DNA of 60,629 nucleotides from Ascoidea asiatica JCM 7603 (taxonomy: Eukaryota; Fungi; Ascomycota), in assembly GCA_001600695.1 (NCBI GenBank), contig BCKQ01000011.1, positions 431,092 through 491,720 of the forward strand, given 5' to 3'. The notes under the pieces were generated by a model. The model had not been told where the DNA came from, did no database searches, and saw only the letters and a list, made by a program, of their open reading frames with translations. This document shows positions 24,463 to 38,300 of the stretch, one piece after another; position 1 is the stretch's first letter; every line of letters begins with the position of its first letter. The position numbers were made by a program, and so were the translations under genes.

Positions 24463-26169
24463 ATGGGTAAAGGTAATTTACAATTAAAAGCAGGTGAAAA
24501 AACTGCAGGTGGTAATGCTGCTTTTCATAATTTTGTTAATGATTTTGCAGATGTAACTGATCCTTTAGAAAGAAGAAGATTAGCTTTAGATAAAATTGAT
24601 AATGCAGCATTTGGTTGGTATCATATTAGAGCAATTATGGTTGCTGGTGTTGGATTTTTAACAGATGCTTATGATATTTTTGCAATTAATTTAGGTGTTT
24701 CAATGTTAGCATATGTTTATTGGGGAGGTTCAATGCCTGCTTCAACAACAACATTAATAAAAGTTTCAACATCTGTTGGTACTGTTATTGGACAATTAGG
24801 TTTTGGATATTTAGCTGATGCTTTAGGTAGAAAAAAAATTTATGGTTTAGAATTAATTATAATGATTTTTGCAACTATATTTCAATGTGTACTTGGTGAA
24901 TCTCCAGCAGTAAATTTTGTTGCAATTTTTACATTTTGTAGAATTATTCAAGGTATTGGTATTGGTGGTGATTATCCATTATCATCAATTATAACATCAG
25001 AATTTGCAACTACAAAATGGAGAGGTGCAATTATGGGAGCAGTTTTTGCAAATCAAGGTTGGGGACAATTATTAGCAGGAATTGTAGCAATAATTTGTGT
25101 TGCAGGTTATAAAGATCAATTAATTTTTGCAGAAACTTCTGCAGAATGTGTTGGTGATTGTATAAAAGCTTGTGATTCAATGTGGAGAATTTTAATTGGA
25201 TTTGGATGTGTACCAGGTGTAGTTGCACTTTATTTTAGATTAACAATTCCAGAATCTCCAAGATATACATTTGATGTTGATATGGATGTTTCAAAAGCTG
25301 TTGCAGATTCAGAAAAATTTACTTCTGGTAAACATGGTAATGCAGATAAAGATATTATTGAAGAATTAAGAGTAACAGAAACTAATCATGAAGAATATCA
25401 AGTACCAAAAGCATCATTTAAAGATTTTGTTAAACATTTTAGTCAATGGAAACATGGTAAAATTTTAATTGGTACAGCAGGTTGTTGGTTTATGTTAGAT
25501 GTTGCATATTATGGATTAGGATTAAATACTGCAACAATTTTACAAACTATTGGATATGCATCATCAAAAAATGTTTATCATAAATTATATAATTCTGCAG
25601 CAGGTAATTTAATTTTAATTTGTGCAGGATCAATTCCAGGTTATTGGTTTTCAGTTGCAACTATGGATATTGTTGGTAGAAAACCAATTCAACTTATGGG
25701 ATTTTTTCTTTTAACAATAATTTTATGTATTATTGGATTTGGATATCATAAAATTGGAGAACATGGATTATTAGGAATGTATATTTTAGCACAATTTTTT
25801 CAAAATTTTGGACCAAATACAACAACATTTATTGTACCTGGAGAATGTTATCCAACAAGATATAGAAGTACATCTCATGGTATTTCAGCAGCATCTGGTA
25901 AAGTTGGAGCAATTATTGCACAAACAGCAATTGGTACATTAATTAATCATGGATGTTCAGCAGATGATGCAAATTGTTGGTTACCACATGTTATGGAAAT
26001 TTTTGCATTATTTATGTTAATTGGATTTTTCTTATCATTTTTAATTCCAGAAACTAAAAGAAAAACTTTAGAAGAATTAAGTGAAGAATTACATGGAGAA
26101 ATTAATCCATGTAAAGTTGTACCAATTTTAGAAGAAAATATGGATAGTGCAAATTCTGATAAAGTTTAA
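24463..26169 (+). CDS. PHO84: High-affinity phosphate:H+ symporter (MFS)
   Basis: GGNAAFHNFVNDF, AGVGFLTDAYDIF, GIGGDYPLSSIITSEFATTKWRG, FFQNFGPNTTTFIVPGE.YPTRYRST.HGISAASGK. Confidence 0.97.
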   Translation: MGKGNLQLKAGEKTAGGNAAFHNFVNDFADVTDPLERRRLALDKIDNAAFGWYHIRAIMVAGVGFLTDAYDIFAINLGVSMLAYVYWGGSMPASTTTLIKVSTSVGTVIGQLGFGYLADALGRKKIYGLELIIMIFATIFQCVLGESPAVNFVAIFTFCRIIQGIGIGGDYPLSSIITSEFATTKWRGAIMGAVFANQGWGQLLAGIVAIICVAGYKDQLIFAETSAECVGDCIKACDSMWRILIGFGCVPGVVALYFRLTIPESPRYTFDVDMDVSKAVADSEKFTSGKHGNADKDIIEELRVTETNHEEYQVPKASFKDFVKHFSQWKHGKILIGTAGCWFMLDVAYYGLGLNTATILQTIGYASSKNVYHKLYNSAAGNLILICAGSIPGYWFSVATMDIVGRKPIQLMGFFLLTIILCIIGFGYHKIGEHGLLGMYILAQFFQNFGPNTTTFIVPGECYPTRYRSTSHGISAASGKVGAIIAQTAIGTLINHGCSADDANCWLPHVMEIFALFMLIGFFLSFLIPETKRKTLEELSEELHGEINPCKVVPILEENMDSANSDKV

Positions 26170-26212
26170 TTATTTTAATAGTTTAATAATTATTTAGTAA
26201 TTTACTTAAATA

Positions 26213-26251
<39 letters not shown>

Positions 26252-26609
26252 TTTATTATATAATTAACTGACTTTATCTTTATTTCCATTTTCATTTTTT
26301 ATGACCATTTTTTCATCTTAGTTTTTCATATCAGTTTCATTTTCATTTTCTTTTAATATTATTAATTTTCATAATTTTAATTTTGTATTCCTCCTCCTTT
26401 ATTTTTACTTTTATTTTTTTTTACATTTAAAGTATTTTTGATCAACGTGGTTTTCTCTTTCAATAAAACTTCAAATCATACATTCTTTATTTTGTTTAAC
26501 TGTTCAATATATAAATTTTAATTTATAATTTTTATTATTATAAAAGTATTTTCAAAAGTAGTTTAGTTTAATGTGTATGTAAATTATACAAATAAGTACT
26601 TCTTAATCT

Positions 26610-27440
26610 GGAAACCCGGAAGTAAAATCAAACCTCGGGAGTAAAGTTCTTTAACAGGAAATTGTTTATCTATTTTTATTTTCAGCCGTGTGATGATTAA
26701 TCCGTGAGAAGTTTGAGTTTAAATAAAACAAAAGCACGTGTGCTGACTCAAAGTTTGAAACGCATAATGAAACGTAGTAAATTTTGTATAAAACGTCACG
26801 AAAGTTTTATTTTTGGAATCTCGTAATCTCTAATAAATAAGTGCTATGTTACCCTCTTATTAACAGCACGTGCTGATTATTTTTAAAATGACGTTTTATT
26901 ACAATCACAATGTTTGATTTTCTTGAAGTAAGAAATATTTTGAGGATTGAAAAAATGAAAATTGAGTGACCAATGTCTGAAAGAAAATGCATGTGGGCGG
27001 TGGTTTACCTTTGGCAGTGTTGAATAACGGGAGAATGCGTTTAATTGGCTGTCAAAGTGTGGATCTTCCATTACGCGACTTAAAATCATACAGGCGTGCA
27101 CTGTTTAATACTTTCAGTGGCGCAGAAACGGTTACCGGCGAGAGTAAACTGACTGGATCTCGGAGTGGATCTCGGTGAGAGTATGCTTAAGAAGGTTTTC
27201 TTGGGCCGGAGTGGCTTTGTGCTGCCAATGGGCAACGTTAGCAAGAACTTTGGTCAGATGCCGATAAGTGCGAGGTGCGAACTGCGAGGTGCGAGGGTGG
27301 CAAACAAAGAAAACATGCGAATGGACCGCTGCTTACGTCAGCGCCTCGGCGTGTGATTTTTAAAATTGTGCCTGACAAATGGAAATTTCAAAGGAATTTG
27401 AATCAAAACTCCAACGTGGATTCGGATAAGCACTGCAAAA
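26610..27440. promoter_or_regulatory. GC-enriched regulatory island between PHO84 3' end and STB3
   Basis: CACGTG at 26735-26740 and 26867-26872 (inside the palindrome CAGCACGTGCTG), TGACTCA at 26744-26750, GGTGGCAAA at 27296-27304, TTACGTCA at ~27333. Confidence 0.55.
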
Positions 27441-28069
27441 ATGGTCTGAAATGATGAAAATTGATGAAAAGTAATGAAAAATAATAGAAATTTGGTTGAA
27501 AAAGGATAAAGAAATGGGTGAAAATTGGGTGAAAAATAAAAATAAATTTGAATCAATTGAAAAATAATGAAAAATAAAGATCAATCAGCTTTAGATCTTT
27601 AAAGGAAACATTGAAATAATGAAATAATGAAATAATGAAATAATGAAATAACGATATTTTGAATATCAGATAAGAAATAAAACATGTTCTAAAATATGTC
27701 TGATCTAGTTTAATCTCAAATTATTAATGTAAATAGCAAGTTACGGTAGTTCCATGAATAACCGTAATTCAGAAATAAATGATTACTAAAAAGATAGATA
27801 GATAAATAAACAAATAAACATATAAACAAATAAATATTGAAGAAACAACGAGTGAAGATCAGATCTGTAATTCAATTTGATTTAATTTGACTGTAAAAAG
27901 ATTGTAAAAAGATTCAAAATGAGATGAAACTGAGTGAAATCTAATGAATTCAAGGGAAATCTTTCAGACAACCTTAAATGAAATAAAACGAAATGAAATG
28001 TATTTGAAATATCGTTAAATTCTCTTTCGTTTTATCATTCACTTCAGATTATTTATTAATCATTGAAAA

Positions 28070-28108
<39 letters not shown>

Positions 28109-29058
28109 GATATTCGAAGTAATCATCGATAGTAATCGATAACCAGATTACTGTAAAATTATACAGTATTAATGAGCTAATATTTATCGCAATTAGCGTT
28201 GATTTGAAATTTGTAACTTTGTAGAATATACATTTAATATTATTACGACTAATCTTATTAATATATTTATATTTATATTTATATTTATCTTGGATAATTA
28301 TATAAAATCAGACTGCATTCTCTGATTTCTTTATAAAATATATTTTATATATTCTATTATTTCACACTCTATTCTCTATCACAAATACTTATCATATTAT
28401 TATACTATCATATTATCATATATTATATTCAATATCTATTTAATATATTCTATATATTCTATATATTCTATATTATTACACTATTCAAATCTGATGAAAT
28501 CTATCTCGCCATTTGTGACCAGTTCTGATTAAACTCCAATCCAGAAACTTCCACAAATTTAACCACTCAAACACACTTCTTTAAAACATCAACCATCTTA
28601 ATATCATTATATCATTATATCTATTTATTTATTCAACTCATTACTATTATCAATCTGACTTCAATCACCAAAACCATCAAAATCTTTGATAAATTTCGTT
28701 TTGTAATCTCTTTTTGTGGCTGGCTATTTGTTTAATATCCATTTTAACCACTTTTTACCAGTTTGGACCAATTTTATTCAATTTCAATCCATTCCAATCA
28801 ATTTCAACTCAGATTATTAATTCATTTTAACTCAGTTAATTTTCAATTTTTTCACTTTTTTCACTTATTTCACTATTATATTTCATATTTCAATAATATA
28901 TTTCAATAATATATTTCACTCAATATATTTTTCACTTAATATAAAATATATATATTTTAAAACAATTAATCAATTTTCAAAAAAATATATATTACTACAG
29001 TACATATATATATAAACACACTTTATAATTATATAAATTTTATATTTACTTAATTATA

Positions 29059-29202
29059 ATGACAAATACTCCTTCCCCTATTATCACTAGATCAATGTCA
29101 ATCAATACAATCACAATGAATAATAAGAACAATAATAATACTACTACTACTAATAATAATAATAATAATACTTCAAATAACACCAACAATAATAATGCTT
29201 CA

Positions 29203-29248
<46 letters not shown>

Positions 29249-31182
29249 GTAATATTTCTTCTTTATTAAATTCAAATTCAAATATTCCAAGATCTTTATA
29301 TTCTCAATCTCAATCAAATCATTTAAATTCAATTAATAATTTAAATAATAATATTAATAATAATTATACAACTAACTCAAATTCAAATTTAAATTCAAAT
29401 TTAAATTCAAATTCAATCAATAATCTTATCAATCATGATAACAATAACAATATCACCACTAATAATAATAATAAACTTGTTAATTTACCTTCTTTAAATT
29501 CAATGTTAAATCATAATATTAAAAATATTCAGAATTTTCAAAATATTTCAAATTCTACAATATTACCTTCCTCAACAAATAATTCAAATCAAATTCAAAT
29601 TCAAATGCAGAATCAAAATACAAATAATGATATTAACATTAACAATAACATTAACAATAACAATAACAATAATGGTCAACTTTCAACTTCTTCACCCGCT
29701 GGAATTGCAGCTGCTTCTGCTGTAACTCCTGATAAATTAGCTAATTTATTATTATCTCAAGGTCCATTAGCTATAAGACATTTAACTTCTCATTTAGCTT
29801 CTTCAATTAATGGTTTTTCTCAATTATCTTTATCAAAACAAAGAAGGTTAATTATTGCTGCTTTAGATGCTGGTGATCCAAAAACTTGTTGTATTTTTGA
29901 AAAAGTTGGTTGGGGTCAATGGGCTGCAAAAAAAGTTAGTCCAGAATATTTTAAATTAAAACAAAAACAACAGCAAGAGGAATTAGAAAAACAACAAAAA
30001 TTACAACAACAATCTTTATCTCTACAAAATCAACAACAATTATTACAATCAAATAATAATAATAATAATAATATTAATATTAATAATCAGATTCAAAATT
30101 CAAATGCAGTTTTAAATTCAAATTCTTCTTTTCAAAAAAAAAGTAATTCATTTGCTGTTTCTTCAACCGCCGGTAATATTAATAGTTCGAATAATTTATC
30201 AGATTGGGAAAAATTTCGTAGAGATTCAATTTCAAATGATAAAAATAATTTACATCAACAACAAGTTCCATTTTCTCCAACTTTAACATCTTTAAGACAA
30301 GAAATTAATAAAAATTTAAAAAATAATGATGATGCAATTTTTTCTTCTTCCGATGATGATGATGATGATGACGACGATGAAGAAGATGATGATGACGATG
30401 ATCAGGAAAATGAAGATATTGATGCAGATGAAGATATGCCTTATTCATTTCTTGCTAATATTAAACCAAAAAATAATATTACTAATAAAGTTAAAAATAA
30501 TACAACATATTTATCTTCAAATGGTAGATATATTTATTCTAATAATAATAATAATAATAATAGTTCAATTCAAAGATCTCAATCTCAATCTGTTTCAATT
30601 CCAAGTCGTCGTCGTTCTTCAATTAATTCAAAATTAATTGGTAAACCAAGATTTCAAAAAAGATTACATTCTTTTGGTAATAATAATAATATTGAACAAT
30701 TAATTGATAATAATATTAATAATATTAAATTAGAGAAAAATAATATTATTAAAGAAAATGAAGATATTAATCTTGATAATAATAATAATAACAATAATAA
30801 TAGTAATAATAATTCTTTTGAAATTTTACCAAATTTAAATTCAATTGATAAACATAGAGGTTCATTTCCAAGTGTTTTAGGTAGACAAAGTTCTTTAAGA
30901 AGTTCATTAACTGTTCCAATGTCAATTTCTTCTTCAGTTTCAAATAAACCTCTTATAAAAAATGAAAATAAGAATAATAATAATAATAATATTAATAATA
31001 ATAATCATCATTCAGATACAGATGAAGAAGATTGGCGATCAATTGGAGCAGCTTCTTTAAGACGTGGAGGTTCATCTTCTATTCGATCTTCAGCATCTCC
31101 AGTTAAACATGGAAGTTTTTCTGCACGAGAAGAAGATGCTGCCTATGCTCTTGTTTCTTTAGGTTTTAATAATAAATTATAA
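29059..31182 (+). CDS. STB3: Sin3-binding, RRPE-binding transcription regulator Stb3
   Basis: STB3 domain VTPDKLANLLLSQGPLAIRHL...FSQLSLSKQRRLI.AAL...FEKVGWGQW, plus C-terminal TDEEDW and DAAYALVSL. Confidence 0.92.
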
Positions 31183-31288
31183 ATTATAAATTATAAATTA
31201 TAAATTATAAATTATAAAATATAAAATATGATTATAATTATTTATAAAATAAGATTAAATAAAAATATTCATTATTGTTATTATTACA

Positions 31289-31320
<32 letters not shown>

Positions 31321-31925
31321 CTTTGTCATTATTGTTTCTAAATGTTATTGCTTTCGGTTATTGTCTTGTTTATTGTTTATTGGTTCTTGGGTTTTTTTTT
31401 ATCAACTTTTTATCAGATTTTTTTTCACTTTTTTTTTTTTCAATTTTTGTTATTGTTTTTGATAGTTTTGATTAGTTTATTATTTTAAATTCTTTAGTTG
31501 ATTTTCATCAAATATTATTTATACCCTTATTTCTTGTTGTCGTTGTTGTTGTTATTGTTTTTGTCATGACTCTCATGGTTGTTTCTATTTCTATTTCTAT
31601 TTCTATTTATGATTCTATTGGTTCTATTTTCGTTTATGTTTTTATACATTCAAATTTCATTCAGGGTCTTTTTTTAAGTTAGATATAACTATCTTTTTAT
31701 TTACTTACTTTTTTTTTACTTTATAACTAAATTATGATTTTTATTTCTTTAACTATTTGAATAAACTAGTGTTTTTTTTACTTTTTGAATATTTTTTGAT
31801 CTTTTTTTTTGGGCTTTTTGTCTCTAATTGGGAGGTGGGTAAAATTTTGTTTTTTAAAAAATAGAGTATTTTTATATTAAGATCAATATGAAATATATAT
31901 TGAACCTTATAATTAACTTTAGTTA

Positions 31926-31992
31926 CTTTTATTCTTTTATTCTTTTATTCTTTTATTCTTTTATTCTTTTATTCTTTTATTCTTTTATTCTT
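31926..31992. repeat. (TTTTATTC)n 8-bp microsatellite
   Basis: About 8 tandem copies, read directly. Confidence 0.85.
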
Positions 31993-32575
31993 TTGTTTTT
32001 TTGTTTTTTTGATAAATAAATTGTCTAATTATCTGTCAGTAATGAAGAGTTGTTTTAATTCTTCTTTTGCTTCTTCTTCTGCTGCCTCTGCTTTCAAAAA
32101 ATAAATAAAAAATATAAAAAATAAGGGAACCCACAAAAACAGTCTCAAAATATCGCATATCACATGACACACCCATTTGTGGCTAGTGAATGGCTGGTTA
32201 GAATCTAGAATTCCGAATTTTAATAATCCCGTGAGAGAGACCAGTTCTGCGGTGCTCGTTGTGCTCTAAACTCCCGGTATAACAGTTCCCAGTTGGGATA
32301 CCATTTCCATTTTGCCTTGCTTCCTCCAGAGATTTGCCAGTTTTAGTATGATAAAATTGCTTCTCTTTTTATTCTGATTCAGTTCATTTCAATTCAATTC
32401 AATTCAATTCAATTCACTTGAATAATTTTTATATTTATATTTAATTGAATCATACATATTTAAATATATTATCATATTTCTTTAAGTTTTATTTCATATT
32501 CTTCTTTATAAGTAAAATCATTATCAACAATTACATATATTATTATTATCTTATTTCAAAATATTCAATTTAAAA

Positions 32576-33481
32576 ATGTCTTTCAAAGTTAATTCAGAAA
32601 TTTATAATTTCGGAGGTAGATTATTAAAATTATCTCATGAATCAAAAGTTAATAATTGTACAATGGATGTAAATTTATATTTACCAAAACAATATTTTGA
32701 AGGTATTAAAGATATTCCAGTTTTATATTATTTAGCAGGTTTAACATGTAATCCAAATAATGGTTCTGAAAAAGCATTTTTTCAACCATATGCTGATAAA
32801 TATGGTTTTGCAATAGTTTATCCAGATACTTCACCAAGAGGTATAAAAATTGATGGTGATGATGAAACTTGGAGTTTTGGTCAAGGTGCTGGATTTTATG
32901 TTGATTCAAAAACTGAAATTTGGAAAAAAAATTATAATATGTATTCATATATTTTAATTGAATTAACAAATTTATTATCAAAAAATTATCCAATTTTAAA
33001 TTTTAAAAATAAATCTATAACTGGTCACTCAATGGGTGGTTATGGTTCTTTAATGTTTTTTTTAAGAAATCAAGATGAATTTAAATCATCTTCTGCTTTT
33101 GCACCAATTTTAAATCCTTCAAAAACTAAATGGGGTGAAAAATGTTTTGGTGGTTATCTTGGTAATTCAATTGAAGATAAAAAAGAATGGTTAAATTATG
33201 ATCCTTTAGAAATTATTAAAAATAAATTTTCAAATAATTTTAATGGTAAAATTACTCCAATATTAATTCATCAAGGTATTAATGATCCTTTTTATAAAGT
33301 TAAAGGTGATTATGATTATTTAACTCCAAATGAATTCTTAGAAGGTATTAAAGGTACAAAATATGAAAATAATGTTAATTTAAATTTTGTTGAAGGTTAT
33401 GATCATTCATATTATTTCATATCATCATTTGCTGGTGAACATGCTAAATTTCATGCTAAATATTTAGGTCTTTTAGATTAA
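32576..33481 (+). CDS. S-formylglutathione hydrolase / esterase D (YJL068C-like)
   Basis: YYLAGLTC, PDTSPRG, FGQGAGFYVD, nucleophile motif TGHSMGGYG, GYDHSYYFISSF. Confidence 0.96.
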   Translation: MSFKVNSEIYNFGGRLLKLSHESKVNNCTMDVNLYLPKQYFEGIKDIPVLYYLAGLTCNPNNGSEKAFFQPYADKYGFAIVYPDTSPRGIKIDGDDETWSFGQGAGFYVDSKTEIWKKNYNMYSYILIELTNLLSKNYPILNFKNKSITGHSMGGYGSLMFFLRNQDEFKSSSAFAPILNPSKTKWGEKCFGGYLGNSIEDKKEWLNYDPLEIIKNKFSNNFNGKITPILIHQGINDPFYKVKGDYDYLTPNEFLEGIKGTKYENNVNLNFVEGYDHSYYFISSFAGEHAKFHAKYLGLLD

Positions 33482-33689
33482 CTATCCTTTGAAAATAAAA
33501 GTAAATTATGATATAAAAATTCTATAATTTTCATAATTAATTTCCTATTATTTTCAATCAATCTCTTATTCCAGATCACCAATTACCAATTACTTATCAA
33601 TGATATTATTACATTTATATATCTAACGTTACAAATTACTGAATAATATAATAGAAAGGTAGTATAACCTCGATTCAAATACCTAATCG

Positions 33690-33920
33690 GGACAAATGTG
33701 GCTGTGCAATTAGCCTTATTTATCAGCCGCATTTCATTAGCCTCTTATAATTTACTTTGCCACACGTAATTTCCCAAAATAACCTCAATTACACACGTCG
33801 TGGCAGCGTGGCGAGTACAGTCTCTTCCCACCAATCAGCGCTCGCCATTTTGCTCTGCTCCTCTGCGCAGCCAATGCAAACAAAAACAGGCCTGCAAAAC
33901 GTTACCCAGCTGAAAACACC
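33690..33920 (+). promoter_or_regulatory. POR1 promoter island with CCAAT (Hap2/3/4/5-type) boxes
   Basis: CCAAT at 33831 and 33871 within a GC-rich patch upstream of a mitochondrial gene. Confidence 0.5.
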
Positions 33921-34153
33921 GTACAATTTCTAAATCTTTAATTTTTCATATTGGAAATATTCGTTTAAGAAACAATAAGAATTGATTTATTCAATTCAAT
34001 TCAAATTCACATTTAATCAATTTAATTTAATTTAATTCTTAAATTTTAAATTTTGGAATCTAAACTCTTGTAAATATCAATATTTATCTTTAATTCTATT
34101 ATCATATACATATATATATATATATATATATTATTATTTCAATATAAACAAAA

Positions 34154-35011
34154 ATGGCTCCACCTGCATTTACTGATATCTCAAAATCTTCAAATGGTTT
34201 AATTAATAAAGATTTTTATCATTTATCAAAAGCTGCAATTGATGTTAAAACTTTTGCTCCAAATGGTGTTTCATTCAATTTTAAAACAAAATCTGGTAAA
34301 GATGATTCAATGAATTCAAATATTGAAGCTAAATTTTCTGAAAAATCAACTGGTATAACTTTAACTCAAGGTTGGAATACTTCAAATTCTTTAGATACAA
34401 AAATTGAATTAAAAGATTTTGCAGCACCTGGTATTAAAGCAGAATTTTTAACTTCTGTTATTCCTTCTGGTCCAAAAGGTGCAAAATTAAATTTATTTTT
34501 TGCTCAACAATCTGTTAATGCTAGAGCCTTTTTTGATCTTTTAAAAGGTCCAACTTTTAATGGTGATATTTCTTGTTCTCATGATGGCTTTTTAGCTGGT
34601 TCTCAAGTTGCTTATGATATTTCTGCTGCAAAAGTTACTAAATATTCTCTTGCTCTTGGTTATGCAACTCCAATTTATTCCGCTTCTTTAACTGGTTTAA
34701 ATAATTTAAATGCTTTTCAAGCTTCTTATTATCATAAAGTTTCTCCACAAATTGAAGCTGGTGCAAAAGCAATTTATGATCTTAAATCTGCTGGTTCTCC
34801 AAAACCTGTTGCAATTGAATTTGCAACTAAATATTCAATGGATAAAACAACTTTTGTTAAAGCTAAAATTGCTGATAGTGGTAATGCTGCTGTTTCTTAT
34901 TCTCAACAATTAAAACCTGGTGTAACTTTAGGTATTGGTGCTTCTTTTGATGCTATGAGATTAGCTCAACCTGTTCATAAATTAGGTTTCTCACTCTCTT
35001 TCTCCTCTTAA
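34154..35011 (+). CDS. POR1: Mitochondrial porin VDAC
   Basis: MAPPAFTDISK...NKDFYH, LTQGWNT.N.L, ARAFFDLLKGP, Q.LKPGVTLG.GASFD, HKLG.SLSF. Confidence 0.97.
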   Translation: MAPPAFTDISKSSNGLINKDFYHLSKAAIDVKTFAPNGVSFNFKTKSGKDDSMNSNIEAKFSEKSTGITLTQGWNTSNSLDTKIELKDFAAPGIKAEFLTSVIPSGPKGAKLNLFFAQQSVNARAFFDLLKGPTFNGDISCSHDGFLAGSQVAYDISAAKVTKYSLALGYATPIYSASLTGLNNLNAFQASYYHKVSPQIEAGAKAIYDLKSAGSPKPVAIEFATKYSMDKTTFVKAKIADSGNAAVSYSQQLKPGVTLGIGASFDAMRLAQPVHKLGFSLSFSS

Positions 35012-35341
35012 TTTTACTAATAACTATAAATATCTATAAATATCTATAAATAATTATGAATAACAATAAGAATAAAGATAATATTTTAATATTCATTCAA
35101 TTTCTTCTCTCTTTAAAAAATCTATGTAAAATTACAATGTATAAAAAACAAAATATCTAAATTAATAATAATACAATATATTATAAAATAACTATAAACA
35201 AAAAGAATCCAAAACAATAAAAAGAGTCCAAAACAAAAAAAAAACAATAAAAAACAAAAGAACAAAAAAACAAATTAAACACATTTACTTCACATTCACA
35301 TTCAAATTTACATTAACATTAACATTGACATTACAAATTTA

Positions 35342-38300
35342 TTAACTTTTTTTATTTCCTTTATTAATTCCATTTGGAACTAAATTATTATTAATTTTAA
35401 TTTTTATTATACTTCCACTTTTTTCTTTACTATTTTCATTTCCATTAATATTTCCATTAATATTTCCATTTCCATTAATATTACTAATACCATTTTCATT
35501 TTCATTATCAGATTCATCTAAAAAAAATGCTGTTAAAACTGATTTTTTTTTAGGTCCAGAAATTTTACCACTTGGAGGTAATTTTGGTCTATTATTTCTT
35601 TGTTTTTGTGGTAAATCTTCATCTTCTAAAATTGTCATTTTATCTTCATCATTAGTTATTAATTTATCTTTATTTTTTGGATCATCTTGAAATGAACTAT
35701 TATTTAAACTATTTTTATAATTTCTTAAATGAATTGTTTTTGATTTTTCAAAAAATTTTTCTAAAAATTTTTGAATTAATTTTATTTGTTTTGGTATATC
35801 TTTTTTAAGTAATTTTGGATATGAAATGTGATCAAAATCTTGTAATTCAATAATTCTATTTTCAATAACTTCTTGTTGATTGAAATATGAATTATTTAAT
35901 CTTGAATGTAATAAATGTAAAGGAATTGATGATGTTAATAATCCAAATTCTCTATCTAATCCTAATTCTTTAAATCCAAAAAAATCTTCACCTAAATCAT
36001 TTGAAAAATCTCCTGTTAAAAATTGTTCACTATTATCACCAAATTGTCCTTCACCAATTTTATCATTAATTCCTGATAAAGATGGTCTTAATAAATCTTT
36101 TAAAAAACTTGAAAGTTTAAAATTTAAATCTTTTAATTTTCCTTGTTGTTTAATGATTTTTTCTTGAATATATACATAAAGATCATCAGGTTTATCAATA
36201 CCATTTTCAAGTAATGATAATAATAAAACTTCTTTTTGACTTTTTATTTTATTTCTTGAAACTGTTTCAAAATGCAATTTTAATGATTTAATTAAATTAT
36301 TAAAAAATTGTATACCAGCTTGAGTTAAAGTTTCTATAGCATCAGGTTGAGTAGTTTCAAAACCATTTGACATTGCAATTTTTGCAACATTTTTTTGAAA
36401 AATTGAATAAATTAAATTTGAATTAAGATTTTTTTCATAAGTTGGAGAATATCTTATAATTGGATCAATATCAACTTCTTTAATTTCAACAATATCAGGA
36501 GGCTTCATTTGTGAATGATGTAAAAATTGATTTTGTTGCATTTGTCTAATTAAAGAAATTTTGAAACAAATTTTTCTAATTTCTTGCATTTCTTTAATAT
36601 TTGAAATAACTGTTTTATTTAAACCATTTGGTGTTGAAGCAAAATTAGACGGCACTTCTTTATATTTACCAGCTTGTTCTAATTGTTGTCTTTGAATTAT
36701 AATATCTGCAATTTCATTATCTTTTTCAGTAAAATCTTTTTCTTCTAATCCAGTAAATTCAATTGAAGGTAATCCACTTCCAATATCATATTCAATTAAA
36801 TAAGGTTTATTACTTTCATTTAATAATTTTGAAGATACATCATTTAAAACATTATCATTTTCATCATCATCGTCATCATCTTCTTCTTCATCATCATTTG
36901 AAGTTGAGATTTTAGATTTATTTTTTTTTAAAAAATCTATAGAATTTATCATTCTTTTAGAATTTCTTAAAATAGCTTCTGCATCACCATTTAATTTATT
37001 ATCTTTAAATAATTCTGATCTTTTTAAACAATATTCACCTCTTAATTTTGAAGTAAAATTTTTCCAAGTTTGTACATCAACATCATCATCTTCATCATCT
37101 CTATTATCATCATCTATAATGTTAAGAGTTTCTAAAAGGTTTGATTCATCATCATCATCATCAGGACCTGGAGAATCCAGTGGAGAAAATGGAGTTGGCG
37201 TTCGTACTGAATTTTCATGGAATTTTGATTGTTGTTGTTGTAATAAATTTAAATCACTATGATTATTATTATTAATGTTTATATTATTATGAGATTGAGA
37301 ATTGATTGAGATGGAATTAGGAGTATTAGGAGTATTGGGAGTATTTGGTGTATTAGGAGTATTAAATGCATTAGGTGTGTTAGGAGTACCAGGTATCATT
37401 TTTTTTGAGGAAGAAGATTGATTTTTAATTGTTGTACTCATACCAGCAGGTTTTGAATGACCATCACTTGTTCTTTTAACACCTTTACCTCTTTTTGAAG
37501 ATTCATTTGAAATTTTTATTGAATTTAATCTTTCTAATTCTTCTTCTCTTTCAACATCAATACGATTTCTAATTACAATATCTGGAATTAATGGAGTTAA
37601 TGTTTTTGTTTTTCTTCTCATTTCAAAAGCTCTTGGTCTTAAGAAATGTTTTGGATCAGAATTATAAGTTAAACAATTATTCCAAATTAAATTTAAATCA
37701 TCAACAAATTCTTTTTTTGATTTATAATGAAAATTTTTTAATTTTTTTAAAACAGTATTTAAATCCATTGGATGTTTAATAATTTGATAATAATTTGGAG
37801 CATCTTTTTTTATAACTTTACTTAAAAAAGCAGTTGAATATTGAGTATAATTTCTTAATTCTAATACCACTTTTTCACAAGCTTCATATAATTCTTCTTG
37901 ACCAATTTTATCATCAGAAGCCCATTTTGATCTATTTTTTCTAACATCCATAATTAAATGTTTTAATTCTTTATTATTTAATTGAAATTTATTATGATTT
38001 AATTCAATAACATTTAAAAGATGTTTTAAAGATAAATTTGCAGCACCTAAATTTATATTAATTTGTTTTAAATTATTATTTAATTTAATTTTTTTAATAG
38101 AATTTGAATTTGAATTTGAATTTGAATTTGAATTTGAATTTAATTTTGAATTTGTGATTAAATTATTTATATTATTTTTTAAATCATTTGAATTTTCAAT
38201 TTTTATTATGGTATTATTATTATTTTCAGTTTTTATATTAATATTACCATTTTTATTATTATTATTAATATTATTATTATTAATATTAATATTAATAGGT

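Noticed and set aside
26690-26750. Possible C/D snoRNA (GTGATGA...CTGA)
   Set aside because: Only ~57 nt, no convincing eukaryotic rRNA guide; better explained as an E-box plus TGACTCA site.
26883-27584. Cluster of 63-74 aa ORFs between PHO84 and STB3
   Set aside because: Expected in a GC-rich patch with few stop codons; no homology cues. An ncRNA cannot be excluded but is unsupported.
27741-27767. TTACGGT-N13-ACCGTAA inverted repeat
   Set aside because: Single short instance; CGG-CCG spacing does not match Gal4 (N11), and I cannot assign it.
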